Source of the DNA: Candidatus Thorarchaeota archaeon
GTDB taxonomy: Archaea > Asgardarchaeota > Thorarchaeia > Thorarchaeales > Thorarchaeaceae
Length of the DNA: 13,068 nucleotides
NCBI GenBank assembly: GCA_003345545.1
Contig: PRDH01000045.1
Location: 1 to 13,068, forward strand
Direction: 5' to 3'
Part shown: piece by piece, positions 1 to 6,711 of the stretch
How positions within the stretch are numbered: position 1 is the first letter of the stretch
Layout: the number at the start of each line of letters is the position of its first letter
Program-made: the position numbers and the translations under genes
The notes under the pieces: model-generated
Databases searched by the model: none
Told to the model about the DNA's origin: nothing
What the model saw: the letters and a program-made list of their open reading frames with translations, nothing else

Positions 1-868
1 CCGTGTATTGCCCGCAAATTGTGTAAGCGCCTCCCTCTCTTACTAACTCGATACCCTCAGGGATTGCACGGGCGGCTCCTGTTGCCTCATACACTATGTC
101 GGGACCATGTCCACCCCCAATGTCCATCAGGGCATGTTTTCTTTCTTCTAGAGTGGTTTCTCCGATGTTGAGAGTGTGTGTGATTCCAAATCTCTTCGCG
201 AGCTCCAATCGATTCTTTGCCTGATCCAGCACTGTAATAGTCGAGGCGCCACTGATTTTGGCGAGAACAGCAATCATCAGACCTACTGGACCCGATCCTT
301 GGATAGCGACATTCATTCCCCACTGGAGCGGGCTTCGGAGCACTGTGTGAACTGCAGTTGGCATTGCGCAGCCCACCGCACTCGCTCCGTCAAAGCTCAC
401 ATGGTCAGGTATCTTGATGATGTGAGTCCCAGGCGAGAGATACACAAACTCACTGTAACCGCCTATGAGATAGGGAGGCTTCTGAGAGTCCATAGTAATT
501 CCGTAGACTCTTCTATTCGTACACTTAGTTGGTGCCTTGGCAATCAAGCAGTTCCAACACTTATAGCAAGTATCGTAGACATCGTGGAAGGTGACTCTGT
601 CTCCAACATTTAGCTCATTTCCATCAAGATCCTTTACCGCCTTTGGGCCGATGGCTTCGATTGTTCCAACAACCTCATGGCCAAGGATGAGAGGATACGG
701 TACACCTGCTAGCCTTCCATGCCACAGGTGGACATCTGTTCCGCAGACTCCAGCATTGGCAACTTTCAGAAGCACTGCACCCCCAGTGAGTTTAGGAATC
801 TCGAATTCTTCTATAGCTATTGGGGCACCTGGCTTAGGAACCACCGCAACCCGACTTGTCTTGACCAT
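1..868 (-). CDS. Zn-dependent medium-chain alcohol dehydrogenase (MDR family), 3'-truncated by the window edge
   Basis: Not in the ORF track because it has no stop in the window. Manual translation from ATG at 868 is open to base 2: MVKTSRVAVVPKPG...GVCGTDVH...LGHEVVG...GDRV...CYKCWNCLIAKAPTKC...GCAMPTA...QGSGPVG...GPDIVYEATG. Catalytic Zn ligands, the four-Cys structural Zn motif and the Rossmann GxGxxG are all present. Confidence 0.95.
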   Translation of the reverse strand, partial: MVKTSRVAVVPKPGAPIAIEEFEIPKLTGGAVLLKVANAGVCGTDVHLWHGRLAGVPYPLILGHEVVGTIEAIGPKAVKDLDGNELNVGDRVTFHDVYDTCYKCWNCLIAKAPTKCTNRRVYGITMDSQKPPYLIGGYSEFVYLSPGTHIIKIPDHVSFDGASAVGCAMPTAVHTVLRSPLQWGMNVAIQGSGPVGLMIAVLAKISGASTITVLDQAKNRLELAKRFGITHTLNIGETTLEERKHALMDIGGGHGPDIVYEATGAARAIPEGIELVREGGAYTICGQYT

Positions 869-962
869 CTTTTCATCAACTCTGTAGAGAGTGGTGAGAG
901 GGCCATAAACCCAGATAAAAAGAAGCTCAAATGTCACAAGTCCATGCTGAATCTATGAATAG

Positions 963-970
963 TTTTATAA
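963..970 (+). promoter_or_regulatory. Candidate archaeal TATA box for the tusA-iscS-iscU operon (divergent promoter region)
   Basis: TTTTATAA in an AT-rich intergenic stretch about 38 bp upstream of the tusA ATG. Confidence 0.55.
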
Positions 971-1007
971 GTGGAATTAACAATAGTGCACTCGCTTAAG
1001 GCAGGTG

Positions 1008-1259
1008 ATGTCGGTGTCAGAAGTAAAACCAGATGAAACTCTGGACTGTGTGGGGCTCTTTTGTCCTCAACCACTCTTCCAGACAAAGCAAGCGATTGAG
1101 AGTATCAAGCCGGGCCAAGTCCTCGAAGTCCTCGCAGATGATCCAGCTGCAGAGGAAGACATCAAGAGATTCTGCAGGAGAACCGGCCACGAACTCATCA
1201 GTATTCGTAGACTCCCAGATGGAGTCCAGAGAATACTCGTGCGACGAAAGAAAGGGTAA
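1008..1259 (+). CDS. tusA: TusA/SirA-family sulfur carrier protein
   Basis: About 83 aa; LDCVGLFCPQP (CPxP persulfide motif), GQVLEVLADDPAAEEDI. Start could be GTG 1005, ATG 1008 or GTG 1014; the last follows an AGGTGA SD. Confidence 0.93.
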   Translation: MSVSEVKPDETLDCVGLFCPQPLFQTKQAIESIKPGQVLEVLADDPAAEEDIKRFCRRTGHELISIRRLPDGVQRILVRRKKG

Positions 1260-1260
1260 G

Positions 1261-1282
1261 CAGGGTTTTTCGAACAACCCTG
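1261..1282 (+). promoter_or_regulatory. Intergenic inverted repeat/hairpin between tusA and iscS
   Basis: CAGGGTT-(TTTCGAAC)-AACCCTG, a perfect 7-bp stem right after the tusA stop. Confidence 0.55.
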
Positions 1283-1299
1283 TCTGAGGTTGGGGTCAC

Positions 1300-2463
1300 A
1301 TGAAGCAGGTGTATCTTGATTACCAGAGCGCAAAACCGGTAGACCCTCGTGTGGTCGAGGGTATGTTCCCATACTTCAATGAGAAGTATGGAAATCCATC
1401 AGCACTACACAGTATCGGAGATGAAGGAACAGAGGCGCTCGAAGAAAGCAGGGGAAAGATAGCACAATTCATCAATGCAGATGAAGATGAAATAATCTTC
1501 ACCTCGGGCGCCACCGAAGCAATCAATATGGGAATCATTGGGTATGCTCTCAGGAACCAAAAAAAAGGCAACCATATTATCATCTCAGAGGTTGAACACA
1601 TCTCGATACATAACATCGCCAAGCATCTTGAACGCTCTGGATTCGAGGTGTCAAGGGTTCCAGTAGATCAGTACGGTCAGGTGAATATAAGAAAGCTTGA
1701 GCAGAGGATTACTGACAAGACGATTCTCATCTCGGTGGGCTATGCGAGTAACGAGATAGGGACCATTCAACCTATTCGAGAGATAGGCAAACTCGCAGAG
1801 GATAGAGGGATTGCGTTTCACTCAGATGCTGTGGCTGCCGAGGGTCTGATTCCCATTGACGTGAAGCGCGACGGTGTCCATCTGATGGCGCTCTCTTCAA
1901 ATGATCTCTATGGTCCGAAAGGTGTTGGCGTTCTGTACATGCGAAAGAAATACAGAATCAATCCCATCATCATTGGCGGCGGACAGGAACAGGGACTTAG
2001 GTCCGGGAGCGAAGATGTGCCCGGAATCGTGGGCATGAAGATTGCAGCTGAAATCATGAGGAAAGAGATGCCCAAAGAGGTGAAACGCTTCGCAGCGTAC
2101 CGCGACAGAATGATAAAACATATTCTTCAGGAGGTCCCTGACAGTCATCTCAATGGTCATCCAACTGAGCGCCTTGCAAGCAACACGCATGTCAGATTCG
2201 ATGGAGTTGAAGGAGAATCAATTCTCCTGTCTTTCAAGGACAGGGGTATAGCAATCTCTACGGGCTCAGCATGCACGTCGAAGACACTCGAGCCCTCTCA
2301 TACCCTCATCGCAACAGGTCTTGTGCATGAGGAGGCACATGGCTCATTACAGATTACCACTGGAAGGTTCAATACCGATCTAGACATAGATAGCGTTCTT
2401 GAGGCAGTGCCAGAAATAATCGCACGGCTTCGAAGGCTATCTCCAATTTACAAACCTAAGTAG
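1300..2463 (+). CDS. iscS: IscS/NifS-family cysteine desulfurase homologue (class V PLP fold), atypical Lys-to-Asp variant
   Basis: 387 aa; VYLDYQS, YGNPSALH, IFTSGATEA, EHIS, SNEIGTIQP, HSDAV, GGGQE..LRSGS, STGSACTS (Cys325). The PLP-lysine motif reads SSNDLYGPKG (Asp202). Confidence 0.95.
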   Translation: MKQVYLDYQSAKPVDPRVVEGMFPYFNEKYGNPSALHSIGDEGTEALEESRGKIAQFINADEDEIIFTSGATEAINMGIIGYALRNQKKGNHIIISEVEHISIHNIAKHLERSGFEVSRVPVDQYGQVNIRKLEQRITDKTILISVGYASNEIGTIQPIREIGKLAEDRGIAFHSDAVAAEGLIPIDVKRDGVHLMALSSNDLYGPKGVGVLYMRKKYRINPIIIGGGQEQGLRSGSEDVPGIVGMKIAAEIMRKEMPKEVKRFAAYRDRMIKHILQEVPDSHLNGHPTERLASNTHVRFDGVEGESILLSFKDRGIAISTGSACTSKTLEPSHTLIATGLVHEEAHGSLQITTGRFNTDLDIDSVLEAVPEIIARLRRLSPIYKPK

Positions 2464-2475
2464 GAGATGAAATAG

Positions 2476-3255
2476 ATGAAATCAACAAAGTACAGCGAGA
2501 AGGTTCTGGATCACTTTCGGAATCCAAGGAATGTAGGAACGCTTGAAGGCCCTGATGTTGCTGTCGGAAAGGTTGGCAATCCCACATGTGGAGACATCAT
2601 GGAGGTCTTCATCCGTATTGATGGCGACAAGATTACAGACGCCAAGTTCAGAACCTTTGGGTGCGGCTCAGCCATTGCAACTACGAGCATGACGACTGAG
2701 ATGGTCAAAGGCATGACGCTGGACGAGGCGATGGAGCTGACCCGTCAGGACGTCGCTGATGAACTGGATGGACTTCCACCAATCAAAATGCACTGCTCGA
2801 ATCTTGCTGCAGACGCGCTTCATGTAGCAATCAAGAACTACAGAAAAGCTAGAGGAGAGGCAGTACCGGATGAACACGAGAAGGTCGAAGAAGAAATCGA
2901 ATGTCTCATTGGAAAAGATGAGTTTCTCAACAAGGGTGTCTATCTAAACGCCGACAGGCCAGAGGAGTTCGAGAACCGGAGAACCCTGGTTCTTTATTCT
3001 GGTGATAAGTCAGTCGAAACCGCAATCAAACTAACAGAGGTCTCTGGACGGGTCATTCTTCTCACGCCAGATGAGACTCTTGTTCTTAATCCAGAGCTCG
3101 CAGAGAAGCTTGCAGCCTCTACTGTCAAGGTCTTGTATCAATCAAGGCTTCTCGAGATACGCGGACATGTCGAAGTCGAAAAGGCACTCATTCGAAACCT
3201 CGATGAGAATGAGGACTACGAGCTATTCGTGGATGCTGTCATCATTCTCGAGTAA
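2476..3255 (+). CDS. iscU: IscU/NifU-N Fe-S scaffold fused to a C-terminal thioredoxin-reductase-like NAD(P)H-binding domain
   Basis: aa 1-125: YSEKVLDHFRNPRNVG, GNPTCGD (C38, D40), FGCGSA (C63), LPPIKMHC (H106, C107). aa ~141-259 form an extra alpha/beta domain. SD AGGAGA upstream, 12 bp after the iscS stop. Confidence 0.93.
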   Translation: MKSTKYSEKVLDHFRNPRNVGTLEGPDVAVGKVGNPTCGDIMEVFIRIDGDKITDAKFRTFGCGSAIATTSMTTEMVKGMTLDEAMELTRQDVADELDGLPPIKMHCSNLAADALHVAIKNYRKARGEAVPDEHEKVEEEIECLIGKDEFLNKGVYLNADRPEEFENRRTLVLYSGDKSVETAIKLTEVSGRVILLTPDETLVLNPELAEKLAASTVKVLYQSRLLEIRGHVEVEKALIRNLDENEDYELFVDAVIILE

Positions 3256-3303
3256 GCCCAGCCAGCAAGTACAAATCATGGTGACTCTGCAATCTGCCTC
3301 GCA

Positions 3304-3765
3304 ATGTTAGAGATCAGACCAACAGCACATGCAGACATCGACAGTCTGAAGCAGATGTATGTATCTGAAGTGGAGGACCATGCAGAACGTGCTGAAGCCT
3401 TCGCAGAACAACTGACCACGAAATTCAGGACATTGCTGGCCCTGCACGACGGGCGTCTGTGTGGAACGCTCTCCTGGGACACTAGAGGGGGGTACGACGA
3501 TGGTGTCGTGGAGCTTGTTGGTCTTGGTGTCAGCTCAGCATATCAGAGAAGGGGTATAGCGACCAAGCTTGTTGAGAGGATGATCGTAGACGCTTCGCAG
3601 TTCTATTCTGATAGTGGCTACGCACTCAGAACCATCATCTTGTTTATGGAGAGAAAGAACGAACGTGCAAGGAAGTTCTATTCCCAAACTGGATTCTCAG
3701 AGGTTGCCAAGATACCTCGTCTCTATCCTCACGATGACGCAGTAATCTGGGTGCGTCATCTGTAG
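3304..3765 (+). CDS. GNAT-family N-acetyltransferase
   Basis: 153 aa; IRP start, acetyl-CoA motif LGVSSAYQRRGIATKL, NERARKFYSQTGF. Confidence 0.9.
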   Translation: MLEIRPTAHADIDSLKQMYVSEVEDHAERAEAFAEQLTTKFRTLLALHDGRLCGTLSWDTRGGYDDGVVELVGLGVSSAYQRRGIATKLVERMIVDASQFYSDSGYALRTIILFMERKNERARKFYSQTGFSEVAKIPRLYPHDDAVIWVRHL

Positions 3766-3825
3766 ATTACAATGTATTGGCCACATGATAGAGCCATCAA
3801 TAAGCAAAGAAGAAGGATTCTACTC

Positions 3826-4509
3826 ATGGAGAACGGAGGCGGCATCGGGACACTGCAGGAACGGTCACTCCACGCCGCACTTAAACAGCTCTACGAGGGC
3901 TCTGGAGCTCAGGCAGAAGTGGCAATAGATGGGTATTTTGTCGATGTGGTCAGAGATGGTCTTTTCATAGAGATTCAGACAAGGAACTTCGCGGCAATCA
4001 AAGACAAGCTCTTTGCACTCATGAAGAATCACGCAATAAGACTCGTGTATCCAATAGCAGTCGAGAAGTGGATTGTTCGCCAGAGCCCCGATGGCGAGAG
4101 TGAGCTGAGTAGAAGGCGCTCTCCAAGACGATTAGGATATGCCGACGTTTTTGGAGAACTTGTGAGTATTCCAACCTTCTTCCTTCACAAGAACTTCTCT
4201 CTTGAAGTCATCCTTATCTACGAGGAAGAGATACGAAGACAGGATGACAAGGGGAGCTGGAGAAGAAAGGGTTGGAGTAGTGTAGATCGAAGGCTTCTTG
4301 ATGTGATAGATCGACATCTGTACAGACAACCTTCTGACTTTCTCCACTTCATTCCAGACACCCTGCACAGACCCTTCACAACAAGTGAACTCGCCGAAGC
4401 ATCAGGAATCTCCAGACGAATAGCTCAGAAGATGGCATATTGCCTACGGAAAATGGAAGTGTTGCATGTTGTCGGAAAAGAGAGGAATGCACTGCTTCTT
4501 ACAACATGA
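3826..4509 (+). CDS. Conserved hypothetical protein, putative PD-(D/E)XK-superfamily nuclease with C-terminal winged helix
   Basis: Start at ATG 3826 preferred over 3772. IGTLQERSLHAALK, VDVVRDGLFIEIQT (D...ExQ), C-terminal FTTSELAEASGISRRIAQKMAYCLRKM HTH. Confidence 0.7.
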   Translation: MENGGGIGTLQERSLHAALKQLYEGSGAQAEVAIDGYFVDVVRDGLFIEIQTRNFAAIKDKLFALMKNHAIRLVYPIAVEKWIVRQSPDGESELSRRRSPRRLGYADVFGELVSIPTFFLHKNFSLEVILIYEEEIRRQDDKGSWRRKGWSSVDRRLLDVIDRHLYRQPSDFLHFIPDTLHRPFTTSELAEASGISRRIAQKMAYCLRKMEVLHVVGKERNALLLTT

Positions 4510-4641
4510 TGCGGCATGGTATTTACTCTATTGACAATCCTTATTATCACCCTCGATACAGATTAGAGGGAGCTCTGTAAGCTGGCAAGTGGTGATTGTG
4601 ACACTGCCTACTTACGTATGCGCACAGTACCGGTGATCAGA

Positions 4642-4926
4642 ATGAGTCTGCCAATCAATCTCACAAAGAGCACTTTGATAGTGCTGGACAAGTTGGCAAA
4701 GGATGGTCCAATGTGTCCTCAGGAGATTGCTGACCGCAGCGGACTCGCCATGAGGACAGTCACGCTTGCTCTCAAGACTCTACAGTCTGGCAATTTCTGC
4801 AGAAAGGTTCCGAATCTCAGGGACATGAGAAAGCCTCTCTATCATGCAGACTATGAGAGGATTCTGGAACTCCAGAGAAACCATGAGATTTGGAGAAGCC
4901 TAGCGAACCTTCGGGTTACAAGATAG
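4642..4926 (+). CDS. Small winged helix-turn-helix (MarR/ArsR-like) transcriptional regulator
   Basis: ATG 4642 preceded by GGTGA SD; GPMCPQEIADRSGLAMRTVTLALKTL HTH and wing PNLRDMRKPLY. Confidence 0.8.
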   Translation: MSLPINLTKSTLIVLDKLAKDGPMCPQEIADRSGLAMRTVTLALKTLQSGNFCRKVPNLRDMRKPLYHADYERILELQRNHEIWRSLANLRVTR

Positions 4927-4990
4927 AGGGAGTCCTTTCTCAAGAGGGCAGAATGGTCGACCAGTCCGTACAGTTCACCATCAATGGAGC

Positions 4991-5326
4991 TCAATCGGAG
5001 AAACAGCCTCTAAGAACAGCATGCATCACAGCTCCTCGGACCGCGTCCATGTCAGGTAATCCGGTCAGTACCTCTTGACAGATTCTCATCGCCGGCAGAC
5101 CGACTGGCAACGGATCGATGCCGCCATCATCATCGCTGGTGATATTCACCTTGCGAACAACATCTGGCGATATTCCGAAATCAGTAATGACAGAGTACAG
5201 AATCTCAAGAGCAGCATCACACAGAATGCAGTGTTCACTGCTGTAGTGAGTGACGCAGCTGCATCTGCCGCAGTCGCATCTTCTCTCCTGAATCCCGAGA
5301 ATTGCTGTCTGAGTCCGTATGGTCAT
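4991..5326 (-). CDS. Small thioredoxin/glutaredoxin-like protein with Cys-rich N-terminal extension
   Basis: VTHYSSEHCILC (strand followed by CxxC), VRKVNI, GLPAMRI (cis-Pro loop), LTGLP plus C-terminal helix. TATA-like TTATATT about 31 bp upstream (5357-5363, minus strand). Confidence 0.7.
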   Translation of the reverse strand: MTIRTQTAILGIQERRCDCGRCSCVTHYSSEHCILCDAALEILYSVITDFGISPDVVRKVNITSDDDGGIDPLPVGLPAMRICQEVLTGLPDMDAVRGAVMHAVLRGCFSD

Positions 5327-5535
5327 TTCCTATCAGGGAATATACAGCAAATATCGAATATAACCGGTATCAGGAAGTACTTCTCATCCAGAATGCTTCA
5401 AATCGGGGCAAGCACCCATTCTGCGGGGGGCAGAACAGACTGGCAACCAAATTCGATGAGCAGTCATGTGTAAGGCGACTACTCACAGCAACATGAGAGT
5501 GAGCGACCTTAACAAATGGCCATATGACCTGTGTA

Positions 5536-6711
5536 TCACCCTACCACATCAAGAGCAGTCATCAGATCGTCGAGTAGGTCTGCCGCATCTTCAATTCCGA
5601 CTGAGAGCCGAACAGTCGAGTTGCAGATTCCTGCTTCTTTGAGCATGCCTTCTGGAATCCCATAGTGTGTTGTCAGAGCGGGAATGCTTGCTAGGCTCTC
5701 CACTCCGCCAAGTGAAACAGCATTCAGGAATATGTCAAGAGAATCTACGAACCTACGAGTACCTATCAAATCAGTATCGAGGTCGACTGAGAGCATGCCT
5801 CCAAAGCTGTCCATCTGTTGCCTTGCAACATCATACTGTGGGTGACTTGGAAGACCGGGATAGTGAACTCGCTTGATTCGATTATCGCGGGAGAGTCTTT
5901 CAGCCAAGAACTCTGCATTGGAGTTATGTCGTTCCATTCTGACGCTGAGCGTCTTGATACCACGGTCCAGCAAGAATGATGCGAACGGATCCATAGTTCC
6001 TCCAAGAAGCTTCGCTGCGCTCCGAACTTTCGCCACTGTTTCCTTTGAACCAGAGATAGTGCCAGCAATTATGTCGCTGTGGCCGCCCAAGTACTTGGTA
6101 GCGCTATGCATCACAAGGTCCACGCCAAGCAGGTGGGGGCGCTGATTGATTGGCGACCCGAAGGTGCTATCAATCATACTGATTGTCCCTGTCGCTCGGG
6201 CAGCATCAGCCACTTTCTTGATATCAACAATCTTCAGGGTTGGATTCGTTGGGGTCTCGAAGAAACAGAGTCTGTACTTGCCTCTAGAGTCAGACAGTCT
6301 GTCAGCAACTTCATTGGTATCTGCATAATCGACCTGAATTCCATTCTGGGGCAGTATCTCGTTGAAGAAATGAAGCGTACCACCATAGATAGAATCGCTC
6401 GAAAGGATTCTCTCGCCGCCTTTCACAAGACCCAGCACTGCAGATGTAATCGCAGCCATCCCAGATGCCACCACATGAGTGTCTTCTGTACCCTCAAGGG
6501 AACTGATCTTCTCTTCGACGCTCTTGGTAGTAGGATTGCTCCACCGTGTATACACATGATCACCTGTCTTCCCTTGTACAGAGTCCAACATGTGCTGTTG
6601 GTCCTCGAAAACGAAAGTAGATGTCTGCACGATGGGGACTACTACGGGGCCCGATGTCTGTGAACGCGCCCCTTGAACACAGAGAGTGGAAGGCTTTCTT
6701 GTCTTGACCAT
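5536..6711 (-). CDS. PLP-dependent trans-sulfuration enzyme (cystathionine gamma-lyase/gamma-synthase / methionine gamma-lyase family)
   Basis: YTRWSNPT, SGMAAI, YGGT, ETPTNPTL, DSTF, HSATKYLGGHSD (PLP Lys intact), SLGGVESL, RLSVGIED. ATG 6711 follows a GGAGTGA SD and is preferred over TTG 6738. Confidence 0.95.
   Translation of the reverse strand: MVKTRKPSTLCVQGARSQTSGPVVVPIVQTSTFVFEDQQHMLDSVQGKTGDHVYTRWSNPTTKSVEEKISSLEGTEDTHVVASGMAAITSAVLGLVKGGERILSSDSIYGGTLHFFNEILPQNGIQVDYADTNEVADRLSDSRGKYRLCFFETPTNPTLKIVDIKKVADAARATGTISMIDSTFGSPINQRPHLLGVDLVMHSATKYLGGHSDIIAGTISGSKETVAKVRSAAKLLGGTMDPFASFLLDRGIKTLSVRMERHNSNAEFLAERLSRDNRIKRVHYPGLPSHPQYDVARQQMDSFGGMLSVDLDTDLIGTRRFVDSLDIFLNAVSLGGVESLASIPALTTHYGIPEGMLKEAGICNSTVRLSVGIEDAADLLDDLMTALDVVG

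Noticed and set aside
780-784. Possible frameshift at the C-run early in the ADH gene
   Set aside because: Recount gives five C's (GGG GGT on the minus strand), so the frame is intact: KLTGGAVLLK.
87-958. ORFs 87..323(-), 176..613(+), 591..887(+), 719..958(+)
   Set aside because: Shadow frames overlapping the clear minus-strand alcohol dehydrogenase.
3772-3825. Upstream start for the nuclease-like gene
   Set aside because: The extension looks like translated intergenic DNA; the recognisable motif begins just after Met at 3826.
4531-4550. Bacterial sigma70-like TTGACA (and TTGACC...TATAAC near 11312)
   Set aside because: Spacing to a -10 element is wrong, and the other signals point to archaeal promoters.
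5075-5496. Plus-strand ORFs 5075..5473 and 5302..5496
   Set aside because: No recognisable motifs; they overlap the better-supported thioredoxin-like ORF and the structured spacer.
5667-6663. Plus-strand ORFs antisense to the lyase (including the 194-aa 6079..6663)
   Set aside because: Antisense shadows of a strongly conserved gene.
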